In this document: positions 1 to 12,199 of the stretch, one piece after another
How positions within the stretch are numbered: the stretch's first letter is position 1
Layout: each line of letters starts with the position of its first letter
From: Catajapyx aquilonaris
Taxonomy: Eukaryota
Assembly: GCA_000934665.2 (NCBI GenBank)
Contig: JYFJ02003481.1
Span: 1 to 41,421, forward strand
Length of the DNA: 41,421 bases
Direction of reading: 5' to 3'
Notes under the pieces: model-generated
The model's input: only the letters and a program-made list of their open reading frames with translations
The model's database searches: none
What the model was told of the DNA's origin: nothing
Translations under genes and position numbers: made by a program

Positions 1-2
1 AG

Positions 3-1160
3 AGGTGGATCAGCAGTTGGCCCCATTCTGACAAATCAGATAACGTCAGGAGCAACTCCAAGCACGTGTATTCCCGTTTAGAGCTGGGGTGCTTCTGGGT
101 TGGTGGGTATAGTCTGGTGCAGAACAAGACCGATGCCTTACCAGTCATTTTAGCTTCGGAGGAATCAAATTCTGTACTGGATCTTCCCCAGCCTTCCATA
201 TTCGCCTTTGGAACTGGTCTGACAAGAATACCTCGACCCATCGTAACCGGGAAGGTGATCTTCATGTCTTATCCACTCTTGGTTTGGCTGTTGATTGCAA
301 TCAGCTTATTCACATTATTTATCGCCTCCTGCTACATTTCCAAACGAAGAACATCGAGCAGTCCTCTTTCAATGTCACAATCTGTTGGCCTAATATTGCG
401 AATATTTATGGAACAGAACCTAAATCTCACTGGAAGACACCTCTCAATAACTTTCACTGCATGAATGCTCATGTTTGTTACCGTGATCACCACCGGATAC
501 AGGGCCAAGCTAGTGTCCTTCCTGACATGGCCCCCGAAAGAATTTGTTCCTACCACTGGACAAGAAATCATAGATTTCAATTGGGCAATGGAAGCGGATG
601 TCTTGAACTATCTCCTCATAAGTCACTACGGAAAAACTGCTCAAGATCCAGTTACCCTTGAGATATGTAAGCGCATGCAAATGAAGGGCACTATTGCGGA
701 TTGCCTGCGTAAAACTCGAAAGGATAACGTTGTCTGCGTTGGCGTGAATGTTCTCCTGGAGAGAGCAACGTATTTTCACACTAGCAGTGATGGGACATTG
801 AACCTCCAGTATATCCAAGACGATAAATTCCCTGGATATGCCTTTTCCGGTACTGCAAAAGGCCAAACCCAACTGTTTCACTTGACAAGAAAAGTGGTGG
901 ACGTGGTTGTGGGCACCAATTTATTAGAAACTTGGATCAAGCACGAGAAGTACATGAACTTCCTCCGCAACCTGAGGAGGGTCCTAGAGGCTGAAGAGAT
1001 CGCTGCCAAGACATACGTTCGAGATGAAGTGATGACACGGATGACAGTGGCCAAGTTGGGAACCATCTTCAACATGTGGCGTTTGGGACTGCTAGGTGGA
1101 CTGGTGGTATTGGTTGTGGAAATATGTAATTTTTCTCTAAGTAGGCCTGGTGGAACATAG
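3..1160 (+). pseudogene. Divergent ionotropic receptor (IR/iGluR-like), 5'-partial, with one in-frame TGA at 462-464
   Basis: ORFs 66-464 and 465-1160 are in the same frame, separated only by TGA (SITFTA*MLMFVTVITTGYRAKLVSFLTWP). The product shows IR features: pre-M1 'VIFMSYPLLVW', M2 'TGYRAKLVSFLTWP' and a C-terminal TM 'LGTIFNMWRLGLLGGLVVLVVE'. It is collinear with the IR at 15919. Confidence 0.85.
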
Positions 1161-2184
1161 TTCAGGTTCAAAAAAATTGCAACAGCGACATCTCATGCTA
1201 ACCGTGACACTGAATATCTCATTGAGGACGTCCAGTGATATGATCCGTGATTGCAATAACTATATAGTCTAATATATGTTAGGCTCAACAGTGCAGGTGT
1301 GGTTTTTTTCCTCAAATAGTGAATATTATTCTGTACAATCCGCGTTAGGTATATAATCATTTCCATGACCTACTTATTAACTTACCCCCTAATTAGACTG
1401 ATATGTACCACACGTCCTTTGCACATTATAAATTAGTCGACCAGTTTTTAGCATATAAAACATTGATTGGGGACAGAAAGCTAAGCATAATATATTGAGA
1501 AGGTGATTATTATTTAATGGCAAAAATATCTAAAACCTTGAAACAGCCAGGTCTGATTTAACAAAAAAGGCACGCAGAATTTTCTGCGTTGTCTTAAACC
1601 GACACAACAACTGTTGCTCACACTTGTCAGATGGTGTGTAGAAACTGGAACAGTGACACCCAATGGTAGGCTTTCGGTCATTTCCAGATCGTTTCAATTT
1701 TTTTGAACAATATACTGCCTTAAATCACGTGCTACTAATATATTTACAATCACCATTAAATCCTTCATATCTTGAGTCTCATTTGGGAGCAAAATATTAT
1801 TCATTATAATATATTATCTTGGTGGATAATATGGATTGAACTTGTTAACGAAATATTATTTTACCAACAGATATTATTATATGTTTATTGGCATCATAAT
1901 TATACTGATATATTTATCACCATCACGTCAAATTCGCTGTATGTTATATTATGAGCTTATGTTCCAGTGGGACCTGTTCCTTGTTACGAACTTTTTTCTG
2001 TCGGAATATGCTGACTCAGCGTGTGATTTTTACGTTTTCGGAAGCCTAATTATCTGAACCGCACTTTCTGTATGTGAAAAGTCCAATATAACAATTGAGC
2101 GGATAAGCAGAGATTTAAATATACCGTTGGAGCCGCTGAGGCTCCACCTACGTAGTTAAGGGTGCTTCGGCCATCTATACGTAG

Positions 2185-3324
2185 TGAAGGGTTATCTGAA
2201 ACCTCTTCATACACCTACCTTGGCGTACCTTTTAAATGTTCTGGAAAATTCAATGAAACTGCAGCCTATTTTAAAAGAAAAGCCATTGCGGCGATAAATA
2301 GTCTTCGGTCAGTTCTGCTCAAACTGAACATAAGAGACATCTCGGTAGCTTTAAAACTGTTTAAGTCGCATATTGTACCAGTATTATTATATGCATGTCC
2401 CGTTTGGGGGCCGAAACACATAGCCGAAATCTTGCAGGTTCAAACTTACTTCTTAAAGAAATTCCTATCACTCCCAAAATCAACTCAGCTTATTTTTTAT
2501 ATCTAGAAACGGGAGTTATTCCCCTGACTCTAAATGTATTGAATACCATTGCAAAATCTACCCTCAGAACGAGGAGACACTCAAAAAATGAACTGTTGAA
2601 ATCAGCTCTAGAATACACTTTACAGTACAAGGAAAGGACGCAGAAAGGATTAGCAGACTGGGGAAACAGCTGTAATAAAAATTTTCAACCCTATTCAAAT
2701 GACTGGCTGTCCGAGATTGATAATTTGCCCACAATGTTAGAAACAATTGAACGAGACTTGAAAGACGAAATACTAGACAAGTTGCAGGCCACCAAACGGT
2801 ACGTATTCTAAAGTACAAAGAGATCAAGCACGATTTCGCAACGGAGAACTATTTCAGTATGGACCTCCCACTGTCCCACGTCAGATTAATGATAAACCTA
2901 AGAAACTACTCGACATATCTCAGATTACGTGATCAGTTAATTATCAAAATTAAACAGGATGAAATATGCGACTGGTGCAACTGGAAAGTAAATCAATCAT
3001 TATTCTATGTTATTTACGAATGTTTTCTTTTTAATACGCCTAGACACAGATTTCTACAGGATATACCACACTACCCACAGGATAGTATTATGTTTTTGTA
3101 CACATAAGAGTGATATCTATAAGTTTTTTTGTCATTTTTTTTGAACACTACAAAAATTCTGCAGTTATGTGAATATTGACAGAACATGTTTAAACTATAA
3201 CATCAGAACGGACAACAGATCGGGACGATATATAAGTGTAAGGGTCAGGAGTGTTGTGTCCCCCAAAGCGAGCCCCCTGCTGGAGCACGGGGTAGAAAAA
3301 TAAAATAAAATAAAATAAAATAAA
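2185..3324 (+). mobile_element. 5'-truncated, frameshifted non-LTR retrotransposon (LINE ORF2 C-terminus plus 3' tail)
   Basis: RT C-terminal motifs 'YTYLGV' and 'LKLFKSHIVPVLLYACPVWG', a degenerate C-terminal Zn-knuckle 'CDWCN...YVIYEC', spread over three broken ORFs. Ends in CACGGGGTA plus (TAAAA)n. Confidence 0.8.
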
Positions 3325-4153
3325 TATTTTTTCAGAATAACGTGGAATGTTCAAGGGAGTGTTGACCTCAGCAACATGTCCTGATAAGCGTGTGTTTTGC
3401 CACATTCTTCTCCGCCAACAAAGGACACCAGAGCACCAAAAGTCTCACCTTGAATGACATTGATGCTGATCCAAATAATTGTAGGCCGGTTAGCCATGAA
3501 TGAAATCGGCCTGCAAGTTTTTGCTATTTTAATTAAAAAGCGGGATGTGCAGGGTGTGCCAAAACTATTGGAAAAATTTGCGAAGGGCAGGAAATTCCGA
3601 GATATATTGACAGTTGGCTCATAAAAATATGCAGGATGAATTTAAAATTTTGAGTAATCTGAAAATATAATTATGTGAAAGGTTCCAAAAAAAAATCACA
3701 AATGTGGCTTGCCATTTTTATTTATAAACTGATACATAATAAATGCATTGCTGGCAATTATATCTAATATAGCCTATTGTAATAAAAATAAAATTATTTA
3801 TTATTAAATTCATTATCCACCCCCTGAAATATGCAACTTAATTTGGGCCATCAGTGACGTAAGTCAACGCTATTTAATAACAATATCATAACAAGTACAA
3901 TTATTTAACTTGCCTTTTAATTATTGTTCTCAGAAAATTTCTCAGGTAATAGCGGCATCACACCACAATAATAGAGCCCAGACACGCAATTCCCTCAATG
4001 CCAAGGTCACCATAATAAGGACTTTTAATAAATTCATATTTTCAACCTTATCAAAAAATATTTTTGACAAGAACCTGAAAGTAACAGCTTAAAAATAGGA
4101 AAATAAATGCTCAATTTTTTTTTAACAAACAGTCTCCAGAGGTACCGGTACAC

Positions 4154-4310
4154 AAAGAGTGCGGTGTACAGTACAAGGTGCGATTGAAGCTGAAGGCCAC
4201 CAGTACGTCATATGTTTTTGTGACCTGTTCGTGCCGCTGACCGGTTTGAAAGACTGTAAGGGGAATGACCTTGGGAATGACCTTGGGAATGACACATGTT
4301 GATTGCCTAT
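4154..4310 (-). repeat. Duplicate of the 5' upstream region of oxygenase copy A (5487-5631), with no CDS following it
   Basis: Shared sequence 'gtacaaggtgcgattgaagctgaaggccaccagtacgtcatatgttttt...gggaatgacacatgttgatt' at about 1.33 kb spacing. Confidence 0.85.
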
Positions 4311-4447
4311 ATAAAAATGATCAAAAATAACACTTACCAAGACGACGATAATGCAAACTTTTCACCTGATAAAATTGGTATGGAAAATGTACTTAACTTA
4401 CATAACGTACTGTATACAGTACATCGAGCATAAAATAATCAACTTGA

Positions 4448-5473
4448 TTATTTCCTCCAGTTCAAGTCCAGCATAACTAGTCGTACCAACATTCTGGCCA
4501 AAATTCGGACCAACAAAATGCGAAACAAGACCGTGAACACAAACCTTAGAAACCAGAAGTATGCCTTGTCGTACCAGGCAACATACTGACGAAGACAGTC
4601 CAGTCCACCCGGTATGTCCGCGCACCAAACAGCGTACATGGCCAAGGTCTTGGGAAACGAAGAGAACACGACGAAAGCAGGAGACACTATCGTTGTAGCT
4701 GACAGCATCATGCGACAGAAGTACTCCTGATCTGCGTTGAATGACATGTTTGGAAGCATTGTGTCCATGTACTCCTGGCTGAGTCGTCTGACGTCGTGGA
4801 CCGTACCGAAAAATGGGTTGAAACAGTCGTCGACACCCAGGTAGTACGCAAACACTCTCCAGAGGTACACAAAATCATTCAGTTCCTTCTCGCTTGCACC
4901 GTGTATACCCACTTTTTCCGGACACATCACTACCTTGTGCACCTGACACAACGCGATGTACGAGATGTCCAGCTGGGATATGTACGGGCCGTTTTTTGAG
5001 ATGTCCGGTGGATATTCTGGTTCCTGGAACTAGAGCGACCTGGCTATGGACCTCTCTCGACCGGTGTCCATTCTGACAGGTTCGTCTGTCATCTTGCGAC
5101 GTTGCAGGTCGTGTATCAGCCTGGTACGTCTCATGCTTCGTCCAGACACGCTGTTCAAGTCCCACACGTTACCAGAGTACCAATGTATGAAGCTGAGGAA
5201 TGCTGAGTGGAAGACTTCACATGCAGAGGTCAGAAGTTCATGTCTCTTAAAGTGCACCAGTACCCTGAAGACACTAGGGGACATGCAGAACCCGAAAGTA
5301 CCGAACATCTGGCTGATCACCACACCGTACACGTACTTGTTGAAAAAGTCTCGTCCTCTCTGGTACCTCTCCTTGTCCAACCATTCGGGAGGTGACTTTG
5401 CATCGTGCGTGGTCACCTTCGCAGCCTCCAAAAACGTAGCCAGGTCAGGACGACTGGTTACGTCCTGATCCAT
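4448..5473 (-). pseudogene. MpaB/DUF2236 oxygenase-like paralogue A, intronless, one in-frame TAG at 5030-5032
   Basis: Motifs PPEWLDKERYQRGRDFF, YISQLD and FVYLWRVFAYYLGVDDCFNP. ORFs 5030-5497 and 4448-4951 share a frame. Reads L*FQE where copy B has LQFQE, with two small in-frame deletions next to the stop. Confidence 0.85.
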
Positions 5474-5760
5474 CGTAAGGAACTGGAAAGAGTGCACGTA
5501 CTGTACAAGGTGCGATTGAAGCTGAAGGCCACCAGTACGTCATATGTTTTTATGACCTGTTCCTGTTCGTGTAGCTGACCGGTTCGTAAGACTGTACAAA
5601 GCAAGGGGAATGACACATGTTGATTCCCTACAGCCATAGAGAAACAGGTAAAAAAAAAAGAATCGAAATAACTTGTATAAATTATGAATAACAAAAACAA
5701 CACAACTGTTTTATTTGAGAACTTACATCATAATATACTGTACAGTACATCGAGCATCAA

Positions 5761-6737
5761 TTATTCGACATGTCTGTGATCATTTCTCCTCCCGTTCAAG
5801 TCAATCATAACTATTCGTACCAACATTCTAGCCATAATTCGGACCAACCAAAAGCGAAACAAGACCGTGAACACGAACCGTAGAAACCAGAAGTATGCCT
5901 TGTCATACCAGGCAACGTACTGACGAAGAAAGTCTAGTCCACCCGGTATGTCCGCACACCAAACAGCGTACAAGGCCACGGTCTTGGGAAACGAAGAGAA
6001 CACGACAAAAGGAGGGGTTACGATGGTCGAAGCGGTGAGCATCATGCGACAAAAGTACTCCTGGTCCACGTTGAACGACTTCATGTTCGGAAGCATCACT
6101 TTGTCCACGTAGTCCCGAGTGAGACGTCTGACGTCGTGGACCGTACCGAAAAAGGGGTTGAAACAGTCGTCGACACCAAGATAGTACACGAACACTCTCC
6201 AGAGGTACACAAAGTCGTTCAGTTCCTTCTCGCTTGCACCGTGTATACTCACTTTTTCTGGACAGATCAAGACCTTGTGTACCTGCCACAACGCGCAGTA
6301 CGACACGTCCATCTGGGATACGTACGGGCCGTTCTTCGGTATGTCCGGCGGATACTCCAGTTTCTCGGACCTCTCCTGGAACTGGAGTGATTTTGCGAAG
6401 GTACAGGACCTGGCAACGGATGGCTCACGTTTGGTGTCCATTCTGACCGGTTCGTCCGTCATCATGCGACGTTGCAGGTTGTGCGTCATCCTCGTACGTC
6501 TCATACTTCGTCCGGACACAGTGTCCAAGTCCCACACGTCCCCAGAATACCAATCCATTAAAATGGGGTAGACGGTATGGAACACGTCGTAAGCGGTGGG
6601 CAGCAGCTCGTGTCTCTTAAAGTGCACCAGAACTCTGAAGACACTAGGGGACATGCAGAACCCGAAAGCACCGAACATCTGGCTGATCACCACACCGTAC
6701 ACGTACTTGTTGAAAAAGTCTCGTCCTCTCTGGTACC
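5761..6737 (-). pseudogene. MpaB/DUF2236 oxygenase-like paralogue B, intronless, lacking the N-terminal ~30 codons
   Basis: 313-aa open frame highly similar to A. Homology to A stops abruptly at ~6737 (YQRG), there is an in-frame TGA a few codons upstream, and no matching start exon is visible. Confidence 0.75.
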
Positions 6738-7947
6738 CGACACCAACTCACTCCTAAATTAATAACGAACACTGAAAATGAAAGTGCGTCATTTTACTTT
6801 GTACATTGGCTGATTTATCTTTTAAAATGGCATCCTTACATATTTGAATAACCACGACGCGTTTTAAAATGGCAGCTAATATGTGTTAGGGCCCAGAAGA
6901 TTTCTAATGGCATCCGGTTGGTCTCTAACGGTTTTTGCAGATACGGCTTTTTTGGGGGCATAATATTTGTGTGTAGCATTAATGACAGTCAGAAGCAAGA
7001 GTTATAATCATATTGTACCGTATCAGTTGTGTAATTATGTGAAGTCATGGCTAATAAAATTGCACAATTATGTAGGATCATTATTTTAAATGTCATTGCT
7101 ATAAAGTCATTACAAACCGTTTCTCTTGTGCAGTATTATTCATAAAAACCCAATTTAAAAATATTCCCGCACATTCCGTCTAGTGTGACCAGGGCCTTAC
7201 AGTTCCCTTGTCAACTTATAATTATGGTGACCTTGGAATTCAGGCATTTCTCAGCTGGGGGAGATTGCATGTCTGGGCTTTATTAATAATGTGGTGAAAA
7301 ATAATAAAAATGTGGTGTGAAGGCGTTGCTTAACCCCTGCAATGGCGTAATCTTCTGAGAGAATTTAAAAGGCAGGTAATTAGGGGGCACGGTCCCCGCC
7401 AAGTTCTCGCCGCACTGCCGGACCACCTTTACCCGACACAACTCACGTCATTTTGACCCCCTCGAATCTTCGCACTGGTGAACATAGGTGGCTTCAAAAT
7501 TTTTATTTGGGTAGATAAAAATTGATTAAAAATAATGCCCCCTTACTTCCATGTTCATATCTCTTTTCATTTCCGACTTAAAAAAATCATGAAAACTCCC
7601 GAAACGGCCAAAATATGACCCTGACTGACTGACTGACTGACTCACTGACTGATCATCAAAATTATACGGCACTTCCAGTGGTCCTAGGATGCTGAAATTT
7701 GGTATGCTGGTAGAGCTTGTCAAACAAACACCAGAATAAATCTGAAAACGGCACTTTTTTGGGTCTAAATGCTCAAAAAATTATTTTCACGAAGTCTGCT
7801 GCTGCTGACCAGATGCGGCATTTTTAACACGGATTACTTTTTTACTTTGAATTTCCATAAGTTATGCTGGTGCTCCTCCTGCCCTCCCCACGTTCTCATC
7901 TCCTCACCCCCCTCTCTTCCCCCCCTCCACTCCTGCATGCCGCTAGC

Positions 7948-8164
7948 CAACGACGTAGNCCCCAGAAATCTTGTGGATTAAAAAAATCATGTCAAGGAAA
8001 TTACTAATTCATGATTTTGGGGGGAAAAAGTGCTACCAATTTCATCTAATACACACCCATTCAAATCTCCCATATTCACCTAAGCTCGTGTGACCTTGAA
8101 CACGAAAAATTTCGCCTGCGGCGGACCTCCCCGCCCCGGAACTGGATTCCTGGCTACGTCACTG
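7948..8164. mobile_element. hAT-like MITE nested in the Helitron-like element
   Basis: TIRs caacgacgtag / ctacgtcactg, with a perfect 8-bp TSD ccgctagc at 7940-7947 and 8165-8172. Confidence 0.8.
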
Positions 8165-8299
8165 CCGCTAGCTATAGCTGACTGAAGCTGCGATTGCATT
8201 TCATACAAATACAAATATTTCATACAAATACAACTACAAATACCTAAATACCTAAAATAAAAAAGAATACAAATACAAAATCCGAGGTCATCAACAGCC

Positions 8300-8485
8300 T
8301 ATGTGTACAGGGAACAATTCCCAATTTGTGTGGCGTATGCCATTACCATACAGAGGACAGAGCCAAGGCCTGAGTCTCACTAATGACCTCATCGATATGG
8401 GTTCCTCTGTCTTCTCGTGCGGTCAAGCCTAAGTGGCTCTTTCCAGAGTTAAAAGTATATCAATGGAGTGCATCTCATCAATGCC
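8300..8485 (+). pseudogene. PIF1-family (Helitron RepHel) helicase C-terminal fragment, degenerate
   Basis: Translates, with a frameshift, to REQFPICVAYAITI..SQGLSLTNDLIDMGSSVFSCGQA*VALSRVKS, matching SF1B helicase motifs V/VI. Confidence 0.85.
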
Positions 8486-8893
8486 TCCTTTACTAACATC
8501 AAGGCTCAAGAGTCTGCTATTCTGGAGCACGGCAGATTGAGATCTATTTACCGACCAGACTTATCCATACTCAAAAGGGCTAATAAGGCATCGACAGAAG
8601 TGGTTAAGGATCGCGAATGGGCTATGCGATCAGGTGTAGCAGATGTCCAATTCGCACAACCAGAACAGAAAAAAAGGAAGCGTAATATGAGAAAGCAGAA
8701 GAAAATCATACCTATTCAGAGGAAAAGATAGAGTTTTACATATACTTTCGTATATAACCTACACATTTTGCTCTAAGTTATTCATTACCCTATTTGGAAT
8801 ATTTAACGGACCATTGCTTCCACGCCCAACCGTAGGGGGCTCTCCGAGATTTCTTATAATTATCCTACACTCCTGCCTACAAAAAGAGGTGAG

Positions 8894-9386
8894 ATCCCAC
8901 CAAAAACCTTTCTGTAAAAAAGGCCAAGTTCTCCTGACTGCTTGGCCGTCAAAAGTGGTGAGATCTGAAATACGGCCAAGTTCAACGTCGTTGTCAATTA
9001 CTGGCATTCTCAACTTCCTCAACCTAAACCACTGACTTTGTTTTTCCAGGTCGACCTTAAGTTTAATCATCAAAACATTTTAATGGAGTTTCTCCTGATG
9101 TCACTTGGCAATTGCTCATGTCCGAGGCATTGTTGAATTCTCCAACTGTTTCAATGTTTTAAGAGCAATGGCCAAGTTACAGCAAGAGAAATTCCATTAA
9201 AATTTTTTGATGATTAAACTTAAGGTCGACCTGGAAAAATAAAGTTAGTGGTTTAGGTTGAAGAAGTTGAGAATGCCAGTAATTGACAACGACGTTGAAC
9301 TTGGCCGTATTTCAGATCTCACCACTTTTGACGGCCAAGCAGTCAGGAGAACTTGGCCTTTTTTTACAGAAATTTTTTGGTGGGAT
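8894..9386. repeat. ~493-bp imperfect palindrome (~224-bp arms, 45-bp loop) forming the element terminus
   Basis: atcccaccaaaaa...ttgctc (8894-9117) is the near reverse complement of gagcaa...tttttggtgggat (9163-9386). Confidence 0.95.
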
Positions 9387-9785
9387 AGAATTACATTTTT
9401 TGAATATTGCTCTGGCATGGTGTATACTTAGGTCACAAATAGATAAAATTAAAGTCCTATAATTAAACAAAGGGTGGATCCTGCGTTTAATAATCTATTT
9501 TTATTTCATTTCATAATTTCTTATTAAGTCATAAAATGTTGAAGAATATCAGGTTACCCTCATATGTTATATCATTTCAGTTTTATTGCTGTTGTTACGA
9601 AAATGCAGCTACGCGTTTGTTATCTTCCTCTTTATAAACATAAGTCACTCAATTATAATAATATTACACTTCAGTTTCCACAGAAGGTAATTTGAGCAAA
9701 AAATGCACCAAAGAACACTCATTCCTTGCATCATACCACCTGCCGGAATAAACGATGAGAGACTTTGGGATCACTTCTCTTCACG

Positions 9786-10225
9786 ATGTCGGTCCAGAAG
9801 CACGATCCTGAATCACCTTCAGAGGTTTGCTCCATGAAGCAGTTGGAGTCCTCATACGAAGCACCTCTTGTGAGCGACACGACACAACCCCCGCCATGGG
9901 GTGGACAGGGACAGGTTCAGGAGGGGCCAGGACTTTGTCCGGAAGTATATCCCCTGGGTGTCCTCATGTCCAACTTCCTAGGCTTCATAACTTACCTGCT
10001 CATTCCCTCAGTTTTCAAAGTCATCACGTATTTCCGCAAGTACGAGACCATCCATCATGGATGCTTCATGTCTTGAGCAGTAAACTTGCCTGGTACTACA
10101 ACGCGTACTATCGAGTGCTGAGATTTTTTTTTTCTGTCGGTCGTACTGAAGAACAGCATCGTGGCTTACTTCGTGCGTTACTTTGGCCGCGTTACCATGA
10201 AGAAGATCAGAGAGGCCAATCTCGG
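9786..10225 (+). pseudogene. MpaB/DUF2236 oxygenase-like paralogue D, frameshifted with a large internal deletion
   Basis: N-terminus MSVQKHDPES..DTTQPPPW (like copy C), a frameshift in a G-run, then VFKVITYFRKY jumps directly to the C-terminal WYYNAYYRVLRFFF. Confidence 0.8.
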
Positions 10226-10363
10226 AGAAAACTGCGTGTTGATATTTTATTTGAAAAATTATATAATAAATACATATTGGGTAGTTGCAGCCTGATAAGT
10301 GGGTTAATATGGCCAGAATTTGATTACTCGATGTTTGTGGATAAGGCTGCAATATTCGTGACC

Positions 10364-10701
10364 GGGGAGGTGTGGTGGCCGAGATGGTAACGTCACGGCT
10401 TGCTGAGTGAAAGGCCCCAGGTTCGATCCCCGCCTGGGGAACTTTCCTTTCACCTGCGTCGGGAGGGTCTCTGACCTGCACCAAGGAGGTGTCTGGCAAC
10501 CTAACCTCCTGGGGGACTGCACATGGCCCAAAAGCCTAGACAATGCACCTACACAAGTGTCCCCTCCCCAACAATCCCTTCCCTACCCAATATCCTGAAC
10601 CAGTCCTTGCACGGAGATTGAAGTTAAATAGAAAAACTGTATGGTGGTCTGCCACCCCCCGAAAGGCCCACAGAGGGCCATCAAGGGGTACGAAAAAAAA
10701 T
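10364..10701 (+). mobile_element. Full-length tRNA-derived SINE
   Basis: A-box TGGCCGAGATGG, B-box GGTTCGATCCC, A-rich tail, and a 13-bp TSD aatattcgtgacc (10351-10363 / 10702-10714). Homologous to 39306-39656. Confidence 0.92.
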
Positions 10702-11267
10702 AATATTCGTGACCACGTCTTATCAGGAGTATCCTACCTTTTTTTTTTACACCTATGCAAATTCAATAATTTAAAGAGAAAGTTCACGCCAGCATGTGCT
10801 GTGATTGGACGTAAATTCTGCACTGCTCACATTGATTACAGATGATGTATTAGCACTATAAATGTTTTCGCAGCATTTCCAAAAAATTGCCTCATGTAGG
10901 CATAGATACGTTTGAGGAAAATCCGACGTATTTTTTCTGTGCTTGTAGAGTACACAAACATTGTCATGCAATGAAAACATGTCATCCGTTATAAAGATTT
11001 CTGATCAAGTACTGTCTATGTTGTAACAGTTACAATCATGTTGTATCGTGTATTAATAATATTTTAACATGTAATAAATATTCAGGTAATAAGGTGCAGA
11101 AACATCAGTAACTACATTTTTATTATTGTAATTATTTTCTGTTAGCGCATCGATCAATGAACAATAATATTGAACAATATATTGCGCATACTACAGCACG
11201 AAAATGTAAACAAAATCAAAAGCCAATCACCCCACCCCCACCCCTAGTCATCCCCGGTCATCCCCAA

Positions 11268-11487
11268 GGGGAGAATTCAGAGAGGTTGCTTAACGTAAAC
11301 GCGCCCGATTAAATCCTTTAGTCATCCTCGATTAGCAAATTTAAAAGTGCTAGCAAGTGCGATTAGGGGGCGTTTAGCACTAATCGCCGCCTTTGTATTA
11401 GCAGGTTGATTAAATTTGCTAATCGAGGCTGACTAAAGGATTTAATCGGGCGCGTTTACGTTAAACAACCTATCTGAATTCGGCCCC
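11268..11487. mobile_element. MITE with ~75-bp TIRs (GGGG..CCCC ends, possibly Harbinger-type)
   Basis: gaattcagagaggttgcttaacgtaaacgcgcccgattaaatcc.. is mirrored at 11410-11487. It interrupts a degenerate cagtcatccc repeat. Confidence 0.75.
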
Positions 11488-11626
11488 AAGTCACTCCCAG
11501 TCACTTCCAGTTATCGCCAGTCCCAGTCTGGTGTAGTACACATTTCCCACTAGTGAATAACCCCTTGGGCAAATATTTCAGCCAGTTCATAAAGCTGCAG
11601 AAATCTCAAGGTAATCTCTTGAATTA

Positions 11627-12034
11627 CCGTATTTGACAACATATAAGACGCACTCCCATTTCGGCAGATCATATTCATTAAAATTATTCATATTCATATT
11701 CCATTTTGGAACCAGTTGTTTACATTGTTTTTTTATGTGTATTTACATCCTTCATCGCCATCAAACTCATCATATCCTTTGCGTGTACCTGACCAAGTGA
11801 CCATCAGTCACCTTAGGATTGTCATATTCGGAGAAAAGAGATGACAAGGTGTTGTACACCATGTCTTCGCTGGCTACCCCATCTTCGGGACAATGCAATG
11901 CCGTGTAAGATATGAATGTATGTGTATACATTCATTTTAAAAAGGTTCGTATTGTATTTTCACATATAAGACGCAATGGCTATTTTTTGAGCCATTTTGG
12001 GGGGAAAGTGCGTCTTATATGTCGTCAAATACAG
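11627..12034. mobile_element. Tc1/mariner (pogo-like) MITE
   Basis: TA|ccgtatttgacaacatataagacgcact ... agtgcgtcttatatgtcgtcaaatacag|TA. Confidence 0.8.
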
Positions 12035-12199
12035 TACTCTGTCCAGTGAAGAAAAATAATATTTCCTTCCCGAATTCGTCGTCGTAAGATAAGGAATCAG
12101 ACAGTAATTAAATAATTTCCTTAATTCAGAAGTTTCATTATAGAGAAACTGAAACTGCGATATACGGTACATATGAAAGCGGAAGTCTTGCTCTAATTT

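Larger units (their letters stand above)
7380..9385. mobile_element. Non-autonomous Helitron/Helentron-derived element, copy 2 (~2.0 kb)
   Basis: Reverse-complement homologue of 22808-25875. Terminal GC hairpin TAGGGGGCAC.., (GACT)n microsatellite at 7621-7650, PIF1 helicase remnant, terminal palindrome. Sits between A7379 and T9386. Confidence 0.8.

Noticed and set aside
10364..10440. tRNA gene (also at 39306)
   Set aside because: The A/B boxes are followed by a ~260-bp body, an A-tail and a 13-bp TSD, so this is a SINE head.
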